A DNA stretch of 64,000 bases from Octopus vulgaris (taxonomy: Eukaryota), in the NCBI GenBank assembly GCA_951406725.2, contig OX597831.1, positions 51,770,001 to 51,834,000 of the forward strand, given 5' to 3'. A model generated the notes under the pieces. It was given only the letters and a program-made list of their open reading frames with translations. It was not told the origin of the DNA and ran no database searches. Position 1 is the first letter of the stretch. Each line of letters starts with the position of its first letter. Shown here in pieces: positions 27,921 through 40,624 of this stretch. The translations under genes and the position numbers were made by a program.

Positions 27921-29542
27921 CTAGCGAAATCTGACGTTTTGTAGATGAGAGATGAGGATTAGAAATGGAATTAAAGGTTCGCTAGACTTTTCGAAACTGT
28001 GTCTCTGAGTCATTGGTGAGACTTCGATCAAAGACAAAACAAAGTGAAAACATGTCAGCTGCAACATTGCCTTTTATTATTTATTATCAAAAGTTGAAAA
28101 AAAAAAAAAAAGAAAAAGAAATAATTAAAAACAGAAAGAAAGGAAAAGAGAAAAAAGAAAAACAATGCAAACCGATAACAACATAAGATGGCGGAGATAT
28201 TTAAAATTTTAAAAAAACAGTATGCGAGAGTGTGAGCTTATCTTTCGATCTCGCTCGTTGCTATTTCACCGTTCTTATCAATAGCGTGGGAGATCCGTTA
28301 ACAGTTTAGCTACGGAACAAAGTGAACACTTAGTGTGGCCATTGTAATAGTGAGAAGCACCTTATCATGTTTTCTTATTGCAGTGAGAACCAACATGACG
28401 TACACAGCCTGAGGATATATATATACAATCTTTAACTTTTATTCGCACTCGGTCCCTCTTTATTACTTTTCTCTCACAATTGTACTTCTTTTTTGCTGTC
28501 GTGTTTTATTCAATGTTTTTTTTTTGTTTTTTTCAAGATATTTTCATTCTACACTTCTTTTTATTCTTTGTCATTCTCTTTTAATTTTACACTCACCGTC
28601 TCTCTCTCCTCTCTCTTTCTCTCTCTTCATTATCTTATTCTCTTTTCTCCTCTACAATCTTCCTTCGACTCTATCTTTTCTCTGTATTTTACCCTTTTCT
28701 TCATATCTTTCTGTCTCTCTCCTCCTCCCTCTTCTTCAGTGAGAGTGTTTCTACATATTTGCTCGAATAGCAAGAAATAGTCGCCAAAACTCTCCCATAT
28801 TACACGCTACCGTCTTGTATGAGAAATATATTAGATAGTGTCGACTAAGGTTACACCATGTCCAAGTTGTCATGGCTGGAACGCTTTTAATCATCGGCCT
28901 GCTTAATCCCACAATCGACTCGGGGTTAACCAACAACTTCCTCTTTTTCATCAATAGTCTTATCGTCACCTTGTCTTCGTTCTCTTCTACTTTCTCCAAT
29001 GTTTTCTGTCTTCCCTCTGTCGTATATTCTTACAATTTTATCTCTCTTCAACTGTTGTTTAGTCACTCCTCCTCCTCCTCCCCCCTCACACATTCTTTTT
29101 TACACCTTTCCCTTCTTCAACCATTAATATCTATTGTGAAATGAGAATGTGCGATTATTGTTCTTTGAAGAAGAACATCCAAACAATAGCTTAAGGATAT
29201 CGGCAATGCACAACAACCCCAGCATCAATAATATCGCCACCACTACGATCAGCAGCAGCAGCAGCAGCAGCAGCAGTGGTAGTTGTAGTAGTAGTAGTAG
29301 CAGCAGCAGCTATAGTGATAACAATTACAACAGCCACTATAGTGTCATGAACAAGAACAACAATATGACTAATTACTGAGATAGCAGTGTCAATAGCAAC
29401 GACAATTGCAACAGTAATTATCAAGATCAACGAATGCAACCACAGAATCAGGAGGAATAGGAGAGAGACTTGTGCAACAACAGAAACACTATTGACAATT
29501 ATGTTAGCAATAAGGAAGGAAATGATAATTATGAAGATAATA

Positions 29543-30560
29543 ATCCTTTCTACATCAGGCACAAGGCCTGAAATTTTGGGAGAGGGGGCAAGTCGATTAT
29601 ATCGACCCCATTGCTCAACTGGTACTTTATCGACTCCGAAATGATGGAAAGCAAAGTCGACCTCGGCGGAATTTGAACTCAGGACGTAGCGAAGACGAAA
29701 TGCTGCGAAGTGCTGACGACTCTTATTTCTTTATTGCCCACAAGGGGCTAAACATAGAGGGAACAAACAAGGACAGACAAACAGATTAAGTCGATTACAT
29801 CGACCCCAGTGCGTAACTGGTACTTATTTAATCGACCCCAAAAGGATGAAAGGCAAAGTCGACCTCGGTGGAATTTGAACTCAGAACGTAGCGACGACGA
29901 AATGCTGCGAAGTATTTCACCCGATGTGCTAACAATTCTGCCAGCTCGCCGCCTTAACTATGCAGACAATGATTTCTATCATAGGCAAAATGCTTCATGT
30001 TATGTAGAGAGGGATACGGTTTGATTTAAATAACAACAGTATATGGCTGGTACGTATTTAATCGATGTCACGAGATTGAAAGCTAAAGTTGAAGATGGTG
30101 GGATTTGAACTCAGAATGTAAAAGAAGAAACATTAAGTAAATGCCTCTTTCTACAATAGACACAAAACCTGAATTTTTGTTGGTATGGTGAGTAGTCGAT
30201 TGTGTTGCTCAAGTGGTACTAATTTTATCGACTCCAAAAAGATGAAAGGTAAAGTCGACCGCTCGTCCTTTTGGAGTCGATAAAGTAAGTACCATTTGAA
30301 CACTGAGGTTGATGTCTTCTGCTTTGCCAATTTTGTTAACCACCTTTAGCTACACCTTCAATAATAGTTTCTAATTCAGGTACAAGACAAGCAGTTTTTG
30401 AGAGGTGGAGTTAGTCCACATCATTGACCCAAATACTTTATTGGTACTATATTTTATCGATTCCGAAACGATGAAAGGCATTTGAACTCTGAACATAAAG
30501 ACAGAAAAAATACCGCAAGGCATTTTTTCCGACGCTCTAACATTTTAGTTGGGTCACTGT
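29543..30560 (-). mobile_element. Cluster of about five SINE-A copies of varying divergence
   Basis: Repeated ttttatcgac..gatgaaaggc..gaatttgaactcag motifs. Confidence 0.8.
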
Positions 30561-30838
30561 TATTGTAACACCATTAACCATCACATAAATTTGGACAACG
30601 TCATTAAAAATCTCTTTAATGGTCATTGTGCTGAACAGAGAACGAACATTTTTGTTGGAAAGTGTATGCTCTATGTACATTTAATTCGGTTATCTTAACA
30701 CAATCGTTTGTATTTCAACATAAAGCAAGTGTCTTCGTTGCCAGCCAATATGATTTTCAAGGTCTTTTCTGCCTGCCTTTAAAACAAGCCGTTTGAATCA
30801 ACAACAAGCCTCTTATTCGGTTATTCAACTCACATGTA

Positions 30839-32115
30839 TCAGGTCATGCCATAAGTTCAAATTTTGAATAAAGAAAACAAGTGATCAAATATATTTAATT
30901 GAAATTTAATCATCAATGTACTTTCCCTGGTTATCTATGACTTCCTTCCATCTATTTACAAGTTTTTTAATCCCATCAATGTAAAACTCTTTTGGTTTCA
31001 AAGCGAAGAACTCTGAAATGTCAGTTTCGACCTCCTCCTGGCTTACGAAAATTATGTCCCCCAAATGATTCTGTAAACTACGAAACAAATAGTAGTCTGA
31101 AGGAGCATGGTTGGGAGAATAAGGTGGATGAGGAATCTTTTCCCAACCAAGCTCTTCGATCTAATGTGATGTGATCTTTGCAGTGTAGGGTCACGCATTG
31201 TCCTGATGAAACATCACTCCTTTTCGATTCGCTAAAGCGGGTCTTTTTTTCTTCAAAGCTTGGTTCAAACGCTCTAATTGCTGACTGTAGACTTGAGCAT
31301 TGATTGTTGCATTAGGTGGTAACAATTCAAAGTGGATTACTCCTTTGCAATCCCACCAGATAGAGAAAAGAACCTTTTTCTTATGAAGTTCCCTTCTCGG
31401 TTATGGTTGATTTGTTTCCTTTTTACCAAGCCACTGTTTACGACATTTAACATTTCGATAGAAGATCCATTTTTCGTCACCAGTCACAAGTCTATCCCAA
31501 AAGGGTGAAATGAGTTTGCGAGAATGGAGAGAAGAGCAGATGTCAACTCGGGATTGTTGCTTTCGGACAATTCACGAGGCACCCATTTTCCAAGTTTAGG
31601 AACCTTTCCAAGTTGTTGAAGATGACGATGAACAGTTGTATGGTTTGAACTAAGCTTTATTGCTAATTCCTCAACTGAAAATGCAGGATTTTCTTCAAGT
31701 AATGCCTCAAGGAGCTTGTCATCAAACTCAACTGGACGTCCTGTTCGATCTTCATCTTCAAGGCTGAAATCTCCACTTCTAAATTTTGCAAACTGTCTTC
31801 TGCAAGTTCTTTCATTCAAACATTCTTTCCCATAAACTGAGTGCATGTTTCGACTCGCTTCGGCTGCAGAGTTTCCTTTTTTGTACTCATAAAGCATTTA
31901 TGTGCCTCAAATGCTCTTTGGATACTTCCATGTTAGAAAAGGTTTTAGTCAAAGAAATTTAAATTCTATTATTCTGTAAAATAATATTTAATTAGTTTAA
32001 ATGTACACAAATGCATAAAAATAATTTTTAATTCCATTAGACATTCTAAGATATTATTAAATTTCATTTAATTTAAAAAAAGTTAAAATCGGACAGAACT
32101 TATGGGATGATCTGA
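30839..32115 (-). mobile_element. Full-length mariner (D,D34D-type) transposon, transposase inactivated
   Basis: 1277 bp; TA flanks; TIR tcag(g/a)tcat(g/c)ccataagttc. Transposase 31931->30906 with WVPREL, TGDEKW, HQDNA, HPPYSP..APSDY; frameshifts and stops. Confidence 0.95.
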
Positions 32116-32483
32116 TAATATCAACCAAATCTCCTTCAAACGGAAACATTAAATAACCTAGTTCTATATACACTTTTGTCTAACGGACACACCAGAGGAT
32201 GTAGTCTTAGATATAACTATGTCTGAAAGACACATTAACTAATATACTTTTCAGTACACGTAAAAAAAAAAAAAAGAAAAGATAGCTCCTGTGTACAATA
32301 TTTTAAAAATTATATGTCTGGTCGATTTAAATTGATCTGAGGACAAACAACAGAGGTATTAAATATCTTATGAATTTCAATTGGGTGAGATCGATAATGA
32401 CGAATACAATAAAATTTAAATTTTGATGTTATCATGTTTGGTAGAATATAGAACATTTTTCGCATCAGTATTTCTATTTGCAA

Positions 32484-32680
32484 AGAGGTCGTGAGCTGGC
32501 AGAATCGCTAGCACGCTTAGCAAAACGCTTGGCTGCATTTCATCCGTCCTTACGTTCTGAGTTCAAATTCCACCGAGGTCGACTTTGCCTTCCATCCTTT
32601 CGGGGCCGATGAAATAAGTACCCTTCGTGTATTGGGGTCGGTGTAATCGATTTGTCCCCTTCCTCCCAAAATTTCAGGTC
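32484..32680 (+). mobile_element. SINE-A
   Basis: Family core motifs. Confidence 0.85.
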
Positions 32681-32900
32681 TTAGTATTTGCACACAATCA
32701 AGAATGTGAATATATTCATTTAAAGAGTCTCACATAGGAGAATCTTTATGATGACGAATTTTCACTGTGCTGCTAATAAATTGAATTTGCAGGGTGCGCG
32801 TCAGTTTCTTTTGCTCTTTCCTATAAAATCTTAACATTTCTAGGTTTTTGTGCAAATCTCTAGTTACATGGCCTAATGTATCTATTATGAGAGGAACAAA

Positions 32901-32939
<39 letters not shown>

Positions 32940-32948
32940 ATCTATCTG

Positions 32949-32997
<49 letters not shown>

Positions 32998-33236
32998 TTG
33001 TCCCCTTCCTCCCAAAATTTCAGGTCTTAGTATTTGCACACAATCAAGAATGTGAATATATTCATTTAAAGAGTCTCACATAGGAGAATCTTTATGATGA
33101 CGAATTTTCACTGTGCTGGAATTTGCAGGGTGCGCGTCAGTTTCTTTTGCTCTTTCCTATAAAATCTTAACATTTCTAGGTTTTTGTGCAAATCTCTAGT
33201 TACATGGCCTAATGCATCTATTATGAGAGGAACAAA

Positions 33237-33275
<39 letters not shown>

Positions 33276-33327
33276 ATCTGTCTATCTATCTATCTATCTA
33301 TCTATCTATATATCTGTTTGCTTGTCC
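32652..33327. repeat. Local tandem duplication, about 346-bp unit
   Basis: Copies start at 32652 and 32998; ttgtcc at all three boundaries; 10-bp indel between copies. Confidence 0.95.
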
Positions 33328-33642
33328 GTCTGACTATGTATCAATCTACTTTGTTTACGTAAACATACAAACTCATACACACTTGCACCCTCATATATTC
33401 TTTGTTTAATGCATCGTGCACTTAGTACAACATATGACCATTGATTTAGAGTTTCGCACATGCCCATAGATATATATATATATATATATATATACATACA
33501 TATATACATACATATATACCTACACGCATACATACATATATGTACTTATATGAGTTCACATATTTATACAGGCACACACGCACGCGTGCGCACATAAACA
33601 CACACACACACGCAAACGTACATACACACACATATATATTTA

Positions 33643-34201
33643 TTGGGTTGTCCGGAAAGTTCGTGCCGATTTTTAAAGGAAAGAAAAAGGTCAATAAATA
33701 CTTGCCATTACATTTTTAATCAACCTAATATGAACCATTTTGTTGCACAATGCGTCTTTCATTTAACTTGAAAATACCCTCTTCCCAGAATTGAGGTGGT
33801 TTCATGGCAAAGAATTCATCAAGGTATCTTTTTACGTCTTCCAAGGAATTGATATTTTTACCATTAAGACTATTCTGCAGAGACCTGAATAAGTGGAAAT
33901 CCGAAGGAGCAATATCTATTGAATATGGAGGGTGGGGTAACACATCCCAGCCGAGCTGCAGCAATTTTTGTCTGGTTCCCAAAGCATCAAGTGTCGAAAA
34001 TGAACTTTCTTATCTTCCATTTTAAAGGGTTACAGAATTAACACATGTTATAGGAACATAAATCTTTTCCACGAAAAGATAGCTTAAACTGTGCTCTAAA
34101 TGGAGGTGTAGTCAAATCCTATTTTATGGACTCAACTATGTTCTAAAATAAGTCGAAAGGTAAGCTACTATAAATCGGCACGAACTATCCGGACAAGCCA
34201 A
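33643..34201 (-). mobile_element. Internally deleted mariner (non-autonomous)
   Basis: 30-bp TIRs with 2 mismatches; TA flanks; N-terminal MEDKKVHFRHLMLWE joined to C-terminal GWDVLPHPPYSIDIAPSDFHLFRSL. Confidence 0.95.
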
Positions 34202-34211
34202 TATATATGTA

Positions 34212-34293
<82 letters not shown>

Positions 34294-34782
34294 TACATAT
34301 ATGTATACATACAGAGAGAGAGAGAGAGAGAGAGAGACATACACAAGCTATAAGTAGCAGAAGCAGCCTCTGTGGCGAATATATATACATATATATATGA
34401 GTGTGTGTGTGTTACTTTATATGTTACATATGTATTAATATAATCACGAATACATACATAGATGTAATATAAACACTTATACCTAAATGCAATATATGTG
34501 TATCTATTTATGTTTGTGTATATCGTGTAAATGTATTTATGTCCGTGAATATATGTGCAAGTATGTACGTATTTGTAGACATTCTATACCTCCTGTGACG
34601 GTAACAGTATTTTCACAGCTATTACTGGAGGTCAAGTGGAACACGATTGGGAAAATGTTAAATATAGATGTAAAAAAGCGTACTTGTATAAGTGCTATTA
34701 ACTCCACGCAGCTGTCTATGAATGCGCATATACATACATACATACATACATACATATAAATATATATATATATATATACACA

Positions 34783-34855
<73 letters not shown>

Positions 34856-34984
34856 ATGTGTGTGTGTGTGTATACATGGTGGACCAAAAGTCGTGCACAA
34901 AATAAGTTCAACACCGCTCCGGAATTATCAAAAGACATGCTTCACTTTTGCTAAAATTGAATAAAATGCATAAAATAATGATGG

Positions 34985-35061
34985 AGCAAACACCATGACA
35001 TGAAGGAAAAGACAAAAAGAGAGTACCTGTGGCGAGTGAGAAAATTATTGGCTTCAAAGCT
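34985..35061 (+). pseudogene. Tiny non-LTR retrotransposon fragment (R4/Dong-like)
   Basis: Translates to MKEKTKREYLWRVRKLLASKL. Confidence 0.45.
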
Positions 35062-35308
35062 GAAATACCGCTAAGCATTTCGCCCGGCGTGCTAACGATT
35101 CTTTTCTACTCTAGGCACACGGCCCGAAATTCTTGGGGGATGGGGCCAGTCGATTAGATCGACCCCAGTACGCAACTGGTACTTAATTTATTGACCTCGA
35201 AAGAATAAAAAGCAAAGTCGACCTCGGCGGGATTTGAACACAGAACGTAAAGACTGGCAAAATGCCGCTAAACATTTCACCCGGCGTGCTACGATTCTGC
35301 CAGCTCAC
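35062..35308 (-). mobile_element. SINE-A plus a fragment
   Basis: Family core motifs; another copy at 36317-36522 (-). Confidence 0.8.
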
Positions 35309-35348
35309 TAATAGTAGTAGCAACAACAATAGCAACAACAACAACGGC

Positions 35349-35410
<62 letters not shown>

Positions 35411-35982
35411 TAATAATATCATAAATAAAATGTTGACACTTCAAATGTAATACTTCTTCCCTTAAGACGGAGGCTCGTATTATCCGATGTAGGACTCGTA
35501 AACCACTTATGCAACCCCTTTAATTCCTGATATCATTTCTATTCTATGTAAGTCGTACCTTTTTATAAGTAAACATATGTTCATTTTTTGTATTAAATGT
35601 ATTTAATATTTTTATATATCAACTTGCCGAACTTGCTTATCCTTACATTTGCTCCTCTACCTGCTTGAGTTCAAACCTCTTGAGCACTACGAAGTGTATT
35701 CTATACAGAGAATATTTGTCTCTCATCTATAAACCGTGTGTGAGTGTGTGCGCACGCGTACGTCTGTGCATGTGTGTATGTATGTATGTATGTATGTATG
35801 TATGTATGTATGTATGTATGTATGTATGTATATATATGTATGTACGTATGTATGTATGTATATATGTGTGTCTGCATGTATGTATGTATGTATGTCTGTG
35901 CATGTGTGTATGTATGTATGTATGTATGTATGTATGTATGTATATATATGTACGTATGTATGTATGTATGTATGTATGTATG

Positions 35983-36038
<56 letters not shown>

Positions 36039-36537
36039 GCAAACCAAAACTCACAGGCCACTTCCAGGTTAAAAGGTTATGGGAACGGCGTGGATGGCAT
36101 TGATGTTACAAGAACTTTGTATATTTGAACATAATTAAGATAACAAGTAAAGGATAGGAAAATGACTGATAAAGATTTAAATGGAATGCGATGAAACGAT
36201 AATAAAAGAACTGAGAGAACTGGTGATAATAAAATACGGTAAATTAAATGGAAATAAAGGAGCTGAATAATAAAAGGAAATAAAATGAGATAGTAACAAA
36301 AGAACCGATAAAAATAATGGTTTCAAATTTTGGTATAGAGCCAGCAATTTTGGAGGAAGAATGTAAGTCGATTACATCGACCCCAGTGCTCGTCCTTAAT
36401 TCTTCGACCCCACAGAAGGATAAAAGCAAAATCGCCTTGACGGAATTTGAACTTGGAAACGGATGAAATATCGCTAAGCATTTTGCTCAGCGTTGCTAAC
36501 GCTTCTGCCAGCTGGTCGCCTGCAAAGCCATTTAGAA

Positions 36538-36576
<39 letters not shown>

Positions 36577-36699
36577 ATTGAGGTAATCGCCGACATTATA
36601 CTAAGCACGTGTTAACTCGGTATTTTAAAAGACCAAGGTCATCTTCTATAAGAAAACAGTAAAGAGAGAGAGAGTGTGTGTGTTCTAAAAAAAAAAAAA

Positions 36700-37990
36700 A
36701 ATAAGAAGGATGAAAACATTGCGCATGGAACTTGTAGCGAATCTGAGAGATATCCAGAAGTACAAATGTAATTCGATAAAATTTGGGAACCAGTTACGGA
36801 AGTGTACTTGCCAGTCAAGTGATTTGACCTGAGATCATTTGTTGAAACCAAAACGATTGCCATAGAAAAACATACAATGACTGTTAACCTCGCTTAGAAC
36901 GTTTATTATTTGTTATCTGGGGAAGGTGACGACCTGGAAAAATACGGGGACGGTTAGGAATTTGAAAATGGAGGCGACAAGATACTGAGTTCGTCTTGGA
37001 AGAGTGGAGGCGCAATGGCCCAGTGGTTAGGGCAGCGGACTCGCGGTCGTAGGATCGCGGTTTCGATTCCCAGACCGGGCGTTGTGAGTGTTTATTGAGC
37101 GAAAACACCTAAAGCTCCACGAGGCTCCGGCAGGGATGGTGGTGATCACTGCCGTACTCTTTCACCACAACTTTCTCTCACTCTTACTTCCTGTTTCTGT
37201 TGTACCTGTATTTCAAAGGGCCGGCCTTGTCACTCTCTGTGTCACGCTGAATACCCACGAGAACTACGTTAAGGGTACACGTGTGTGTGGAGTGCTCAGC
37301 CACTTACACGTTAATTTCACGAGCAGGCTGTTCCGTTGATCGGATCAACCGGAACCCTCGTCGTCGTAACCGACGGAGTGCTTCCATTCGTCTTGGAAGA
37401 AATAAATATAACAAACCGCGCACGCATACACACACAATGCACATCTCATCGTGCGCCGATTGAAGATCGCACTGTACTCACTCAATTTAGGGAAGTGCTT
37501 ATCCAAAGCTGTGAAAAATGTTACAGATATGTCGGTATCTGTTAGTCTGCCGAATACCGCATTATACCCTAGTATAGTCCTCGATTTATTAATTCTTTTG
37601 TGTGTGTGTGTGGGGTTGATTATTATTTTTGGAAGTAGGCCTATATTTATGAAAACTATCCGTTTTTTGAAGGGATTTGTCTGCATTGTTGTTATAATAC
37701 TTTATTTACTTTCACTCGATATATTCCTTCCTTTAAGCGGGGTACTCGTATTTTTTGTGCTTGTCTTAGTATTGCTTAAATTACCGGTTTTGCTAGGGGG
37801 TTTAATTGCACTTTCGCGTTTGTCTATATCAGTATTATCTATGTTACTATCCCGATTCATAATTCGATTATTTTCATTATTAGCTTAATCCGAGCGCTGC
37901 TAGCAGAAATGACCTGTCGCTTATGGAGGTTTTCCCCAGTTATTTTCACTATTACTGTTATCCGTAAATGCTAGGTTCTGAGTCCTATTT
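36700..37990 (-). pseudogene. Penelope-like relic (linker region), interrupted by SINE-C
   Basis: GYNAVFGRLTDTDISVTFFTALDKHFPKLSEYSAIFNRRTM matches the PLE pattern WYNPPFS....NIG..FL.L.DKHFP......KIFNR.T. Confidence 0.7.
37004..37386 (+). mobile_element. SINE family C (tRNA-derived, young)
   Basis: A box tggcccagtgg, B box gtttcgattcc; TSD ttcgtcttggaaga (36990-37003 / 37387-37400). Confidence 0.95.
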
Positions 37991-38029
37991 CTATTCATAT
38001 GCTCCTTCATTTTGTTTCCAGGGTTATAT

Positions 38030-38270
38030 ATTATCGCATCCCTATATTCTGATTCTACCATTGTTTCTAAAGATCTCATTCGCGGAACGTCTAGATATGC
38101 AGGTCGAAATGTCTATAGATTGGGTGATATTTTGGGGTGGTTAGAGTCAAAATTAATATATGTTCTTCACGAGTATATACTGATCTCTTAGAAGTTATCT
38201 TGGATTTGAGTTCGGGCGAATATCAACCATACCACAAAACCAATAACCTCGAGTATATTAATTTCAGCTG
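38030..38270 (+). pseudogene. PLE RT thumb relic, inverted relative to 36700-37990
   Basis: EVILDLSSGEYQPYHKTNNLEYIN matches DV.LDL..G.Y.PY.KPN...YIN. Confidence 0.65.
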
Positions 38271-38288
38271 TTAAGTAAAACTGTTATC

Positions 38289-38319
<31 letters not shown>

Positions 38320-38807
38320 TGTGTGTGTGTGTGTTTGGTTGTGTGTGAAATAAAACAAAGCACAAAAGTTGTTTATAACATTATATTAAACCATCTTATG
38401 TATGTTTCATTAAAATAATGATTATCACTTACATAATATAACAACGTATAGTCAAATGTATGTTTACATTACTGGACTCTGTCAACAGTACAACAAACCA
38501 CAGTGTTACATGTAAAGGTTACACATCTCTGAGTATTTGACAACTCATTTTGATTATGTAACGTACATTATGTAATGAGGAATAATTTTTTCTATTAAAG
38601 AAGCGTGCGTAAGATAAACAGTCATGTTATGATTTACTTTCCATACGTACTCCGTGACATACCCAAATACTAGATTCATACCAAACGATGGGAGTAAGAT
38701 AACAGAAAGGAGAATACATATGTTCTAAATACTGGTTATTTGTGGTGCAATTCAAATTCAAACAGCACTACACACACACGCGCGCACACACATTATTAAT
38801 AAACGGT

Positions 38808-38908
38808 AGAAGTCACAGAGTGACTCAAGTGCCGAGAGTTGGCATTTATCAAACCTTGATAAGTATCATACACGAAACTCTCGGCCCTTCAGTCAATCTG
38901 CAACTTCT
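38808..38908 (+). ncRNA. Decayed type III hammerhead on a rod-like hairpin
   Basis: gccgagag-UU-gg...cc-TTGATAA-gtat/cat/acac-GAAA-ctctcggc. Perfect 8-bp stem III, extended by tgact/agtca, caga/tctg and agaagt/acttct; core differs from CUGAUGA by two transitions. Confidence 0.6.
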
Positions 38909-38957
38909 GCAGATTTGAGTTCAATTTTTCCTGTTTATGTCACCAAACCTGTATATA

Positions 38958-39035
<78 letters not shown>

Positions 39036-39064
39036 GTGTATATATGTGTATATACATATGTATA

Positions 39065-39129
<65 letters not shown>

Positions 39130-39133
<4 letters not shown>

Positions 39134-39350
39134 AATTGCAGCGTGGAAGGTGTTTATAAGCCATTTTTAAGAAACACACAAAATTTTGCAAAATTTAATT
39201 TTGACAAATTAAATTTAAATGTTGAAGTGAATCTAACGGTTTTTGTGTGTTTCTTAGATGGCTTATAAACACCTTCCACGCTGCAATTGTTTTCGTTCCA
39301 CCACACTATCTCAGATCAAGTCACTCGCTATGCAAGTACATCTCCGATAT
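39130..39350. mobile_element. Internally inverted copy of the 11435-11640 family between (TA)n tracts
   Basis: About 39130-39184 is the reverse complement of about 39240-39292. Confidence 0.7.
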
Positions 39351-39490
39351 ATATATATATATATATAAATTGAGAGAGGGATGTATGTGTATGTGTTTGT
39401 GTATTATGCATATATATATATGTACATACACGCACATACATACATGCATACATACTTATATGCACATACATACATACATACATACATACA

Positions 39491-39523
<33 letters not shown>

Positions 39524-39970
39524 GCACATACATACATACATACATGCATGCATGCATCCATACATACATACATACATACATACATACATACATACATACA
39601 TACATACACATCGTTGAGCATACGTACGTAATGAATATCGTGTTTCAGACGTCAGAATGAATTGCATTTTTTTTAGAACAAACTGCAACCAAAGTAGAGA
39701 AATACGATAGAAACAGTATGACGCAACAGCAGCGGAAATAGCGATGGAAGACATAATAATGCCAATTCCAACGAAACAACAAATCAAATTAACTCACAGA
39801 AAAGAAAGATAGTTTAGAGACATCAGATATAACAATGCAGCACCTGGTTCGAATGTTTGCAAATTACATAGCGTTAAGTAAGCATGGTGATGGTTCGTTC
39901 GTTCGTACGTCTTATTAACGACAAAACATTTGTTATTTATTTATGCTTTTAGGTAGGTTCTTCGTCATAC

Positions 39971-40015
<45 letters not shown>

Positions 40016-40081
40016 TCTATCTTTGTCCCTGTCTCTATCTGTCTGTCTGTCTGTCTGCCTGCCTGTCGGTCTGTCTCTTCT

Positions 40082-40113
<32 letters not shown>

Positions 40114-40624
40114 CTTCTTTCTCTTTTTCACTCCTTCCTCGAAAATATATTCCGGACTGACTTGCTATCTTTACTACACCTTTTTTTGCCTACAGCAAGA
40201 ATTTTTCTCCGTGACAAAATGCAGTGAATGGCTTTCATATATGTTCGAATATGTCTGAAGCACATTTGAACAGTAACAAGCTTACTACATATTCTGTAAT
40301 AAATTTAACTACTCCTTTTTGACGTACCATAGTATGTTCATCAATCTCTCTCATAATTTCTGACTTGTGCCACCCCACATCCAAGAGCGAATGGATTAAT
40401 ATTTTTTTCCCGCTACTCCGTACCACGAAGCAATACCCTTCCTTTTTACGATCCAAGATGTAATGTCTTTCTTTTATCACAGGCTATGCGAATTAATGTC
40501 TTCCCTTTGCCATGGACCAATGGCCGTTGTTCTTTTGCGAATACAAATTAAAGAGGAAACAAAAGACTCCCACTTTCTCTTTTTCTTTCGATTCGACGAT
40601 GACGAATGCAACAACAATAACAAA

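Noticed and set aside
28370-28412. Acceptor-like ttttcttattgcag as exon 2
   Set aside because: Phase-1 continuation stops after nine codons and no donor follows.
29149-29540. Ser/Asn-rich ORFs
   Set aside because: Degenerate CAG/TAG/AAC repeats, short frames, no clear splice sites.
37004-37080. tRNA-like sequences (also at 43986, 46560, 45720, 8836)
   Set aside because: They are SINE heads continuing into shared bodies, most with TSDs; no complete cloverleaf.
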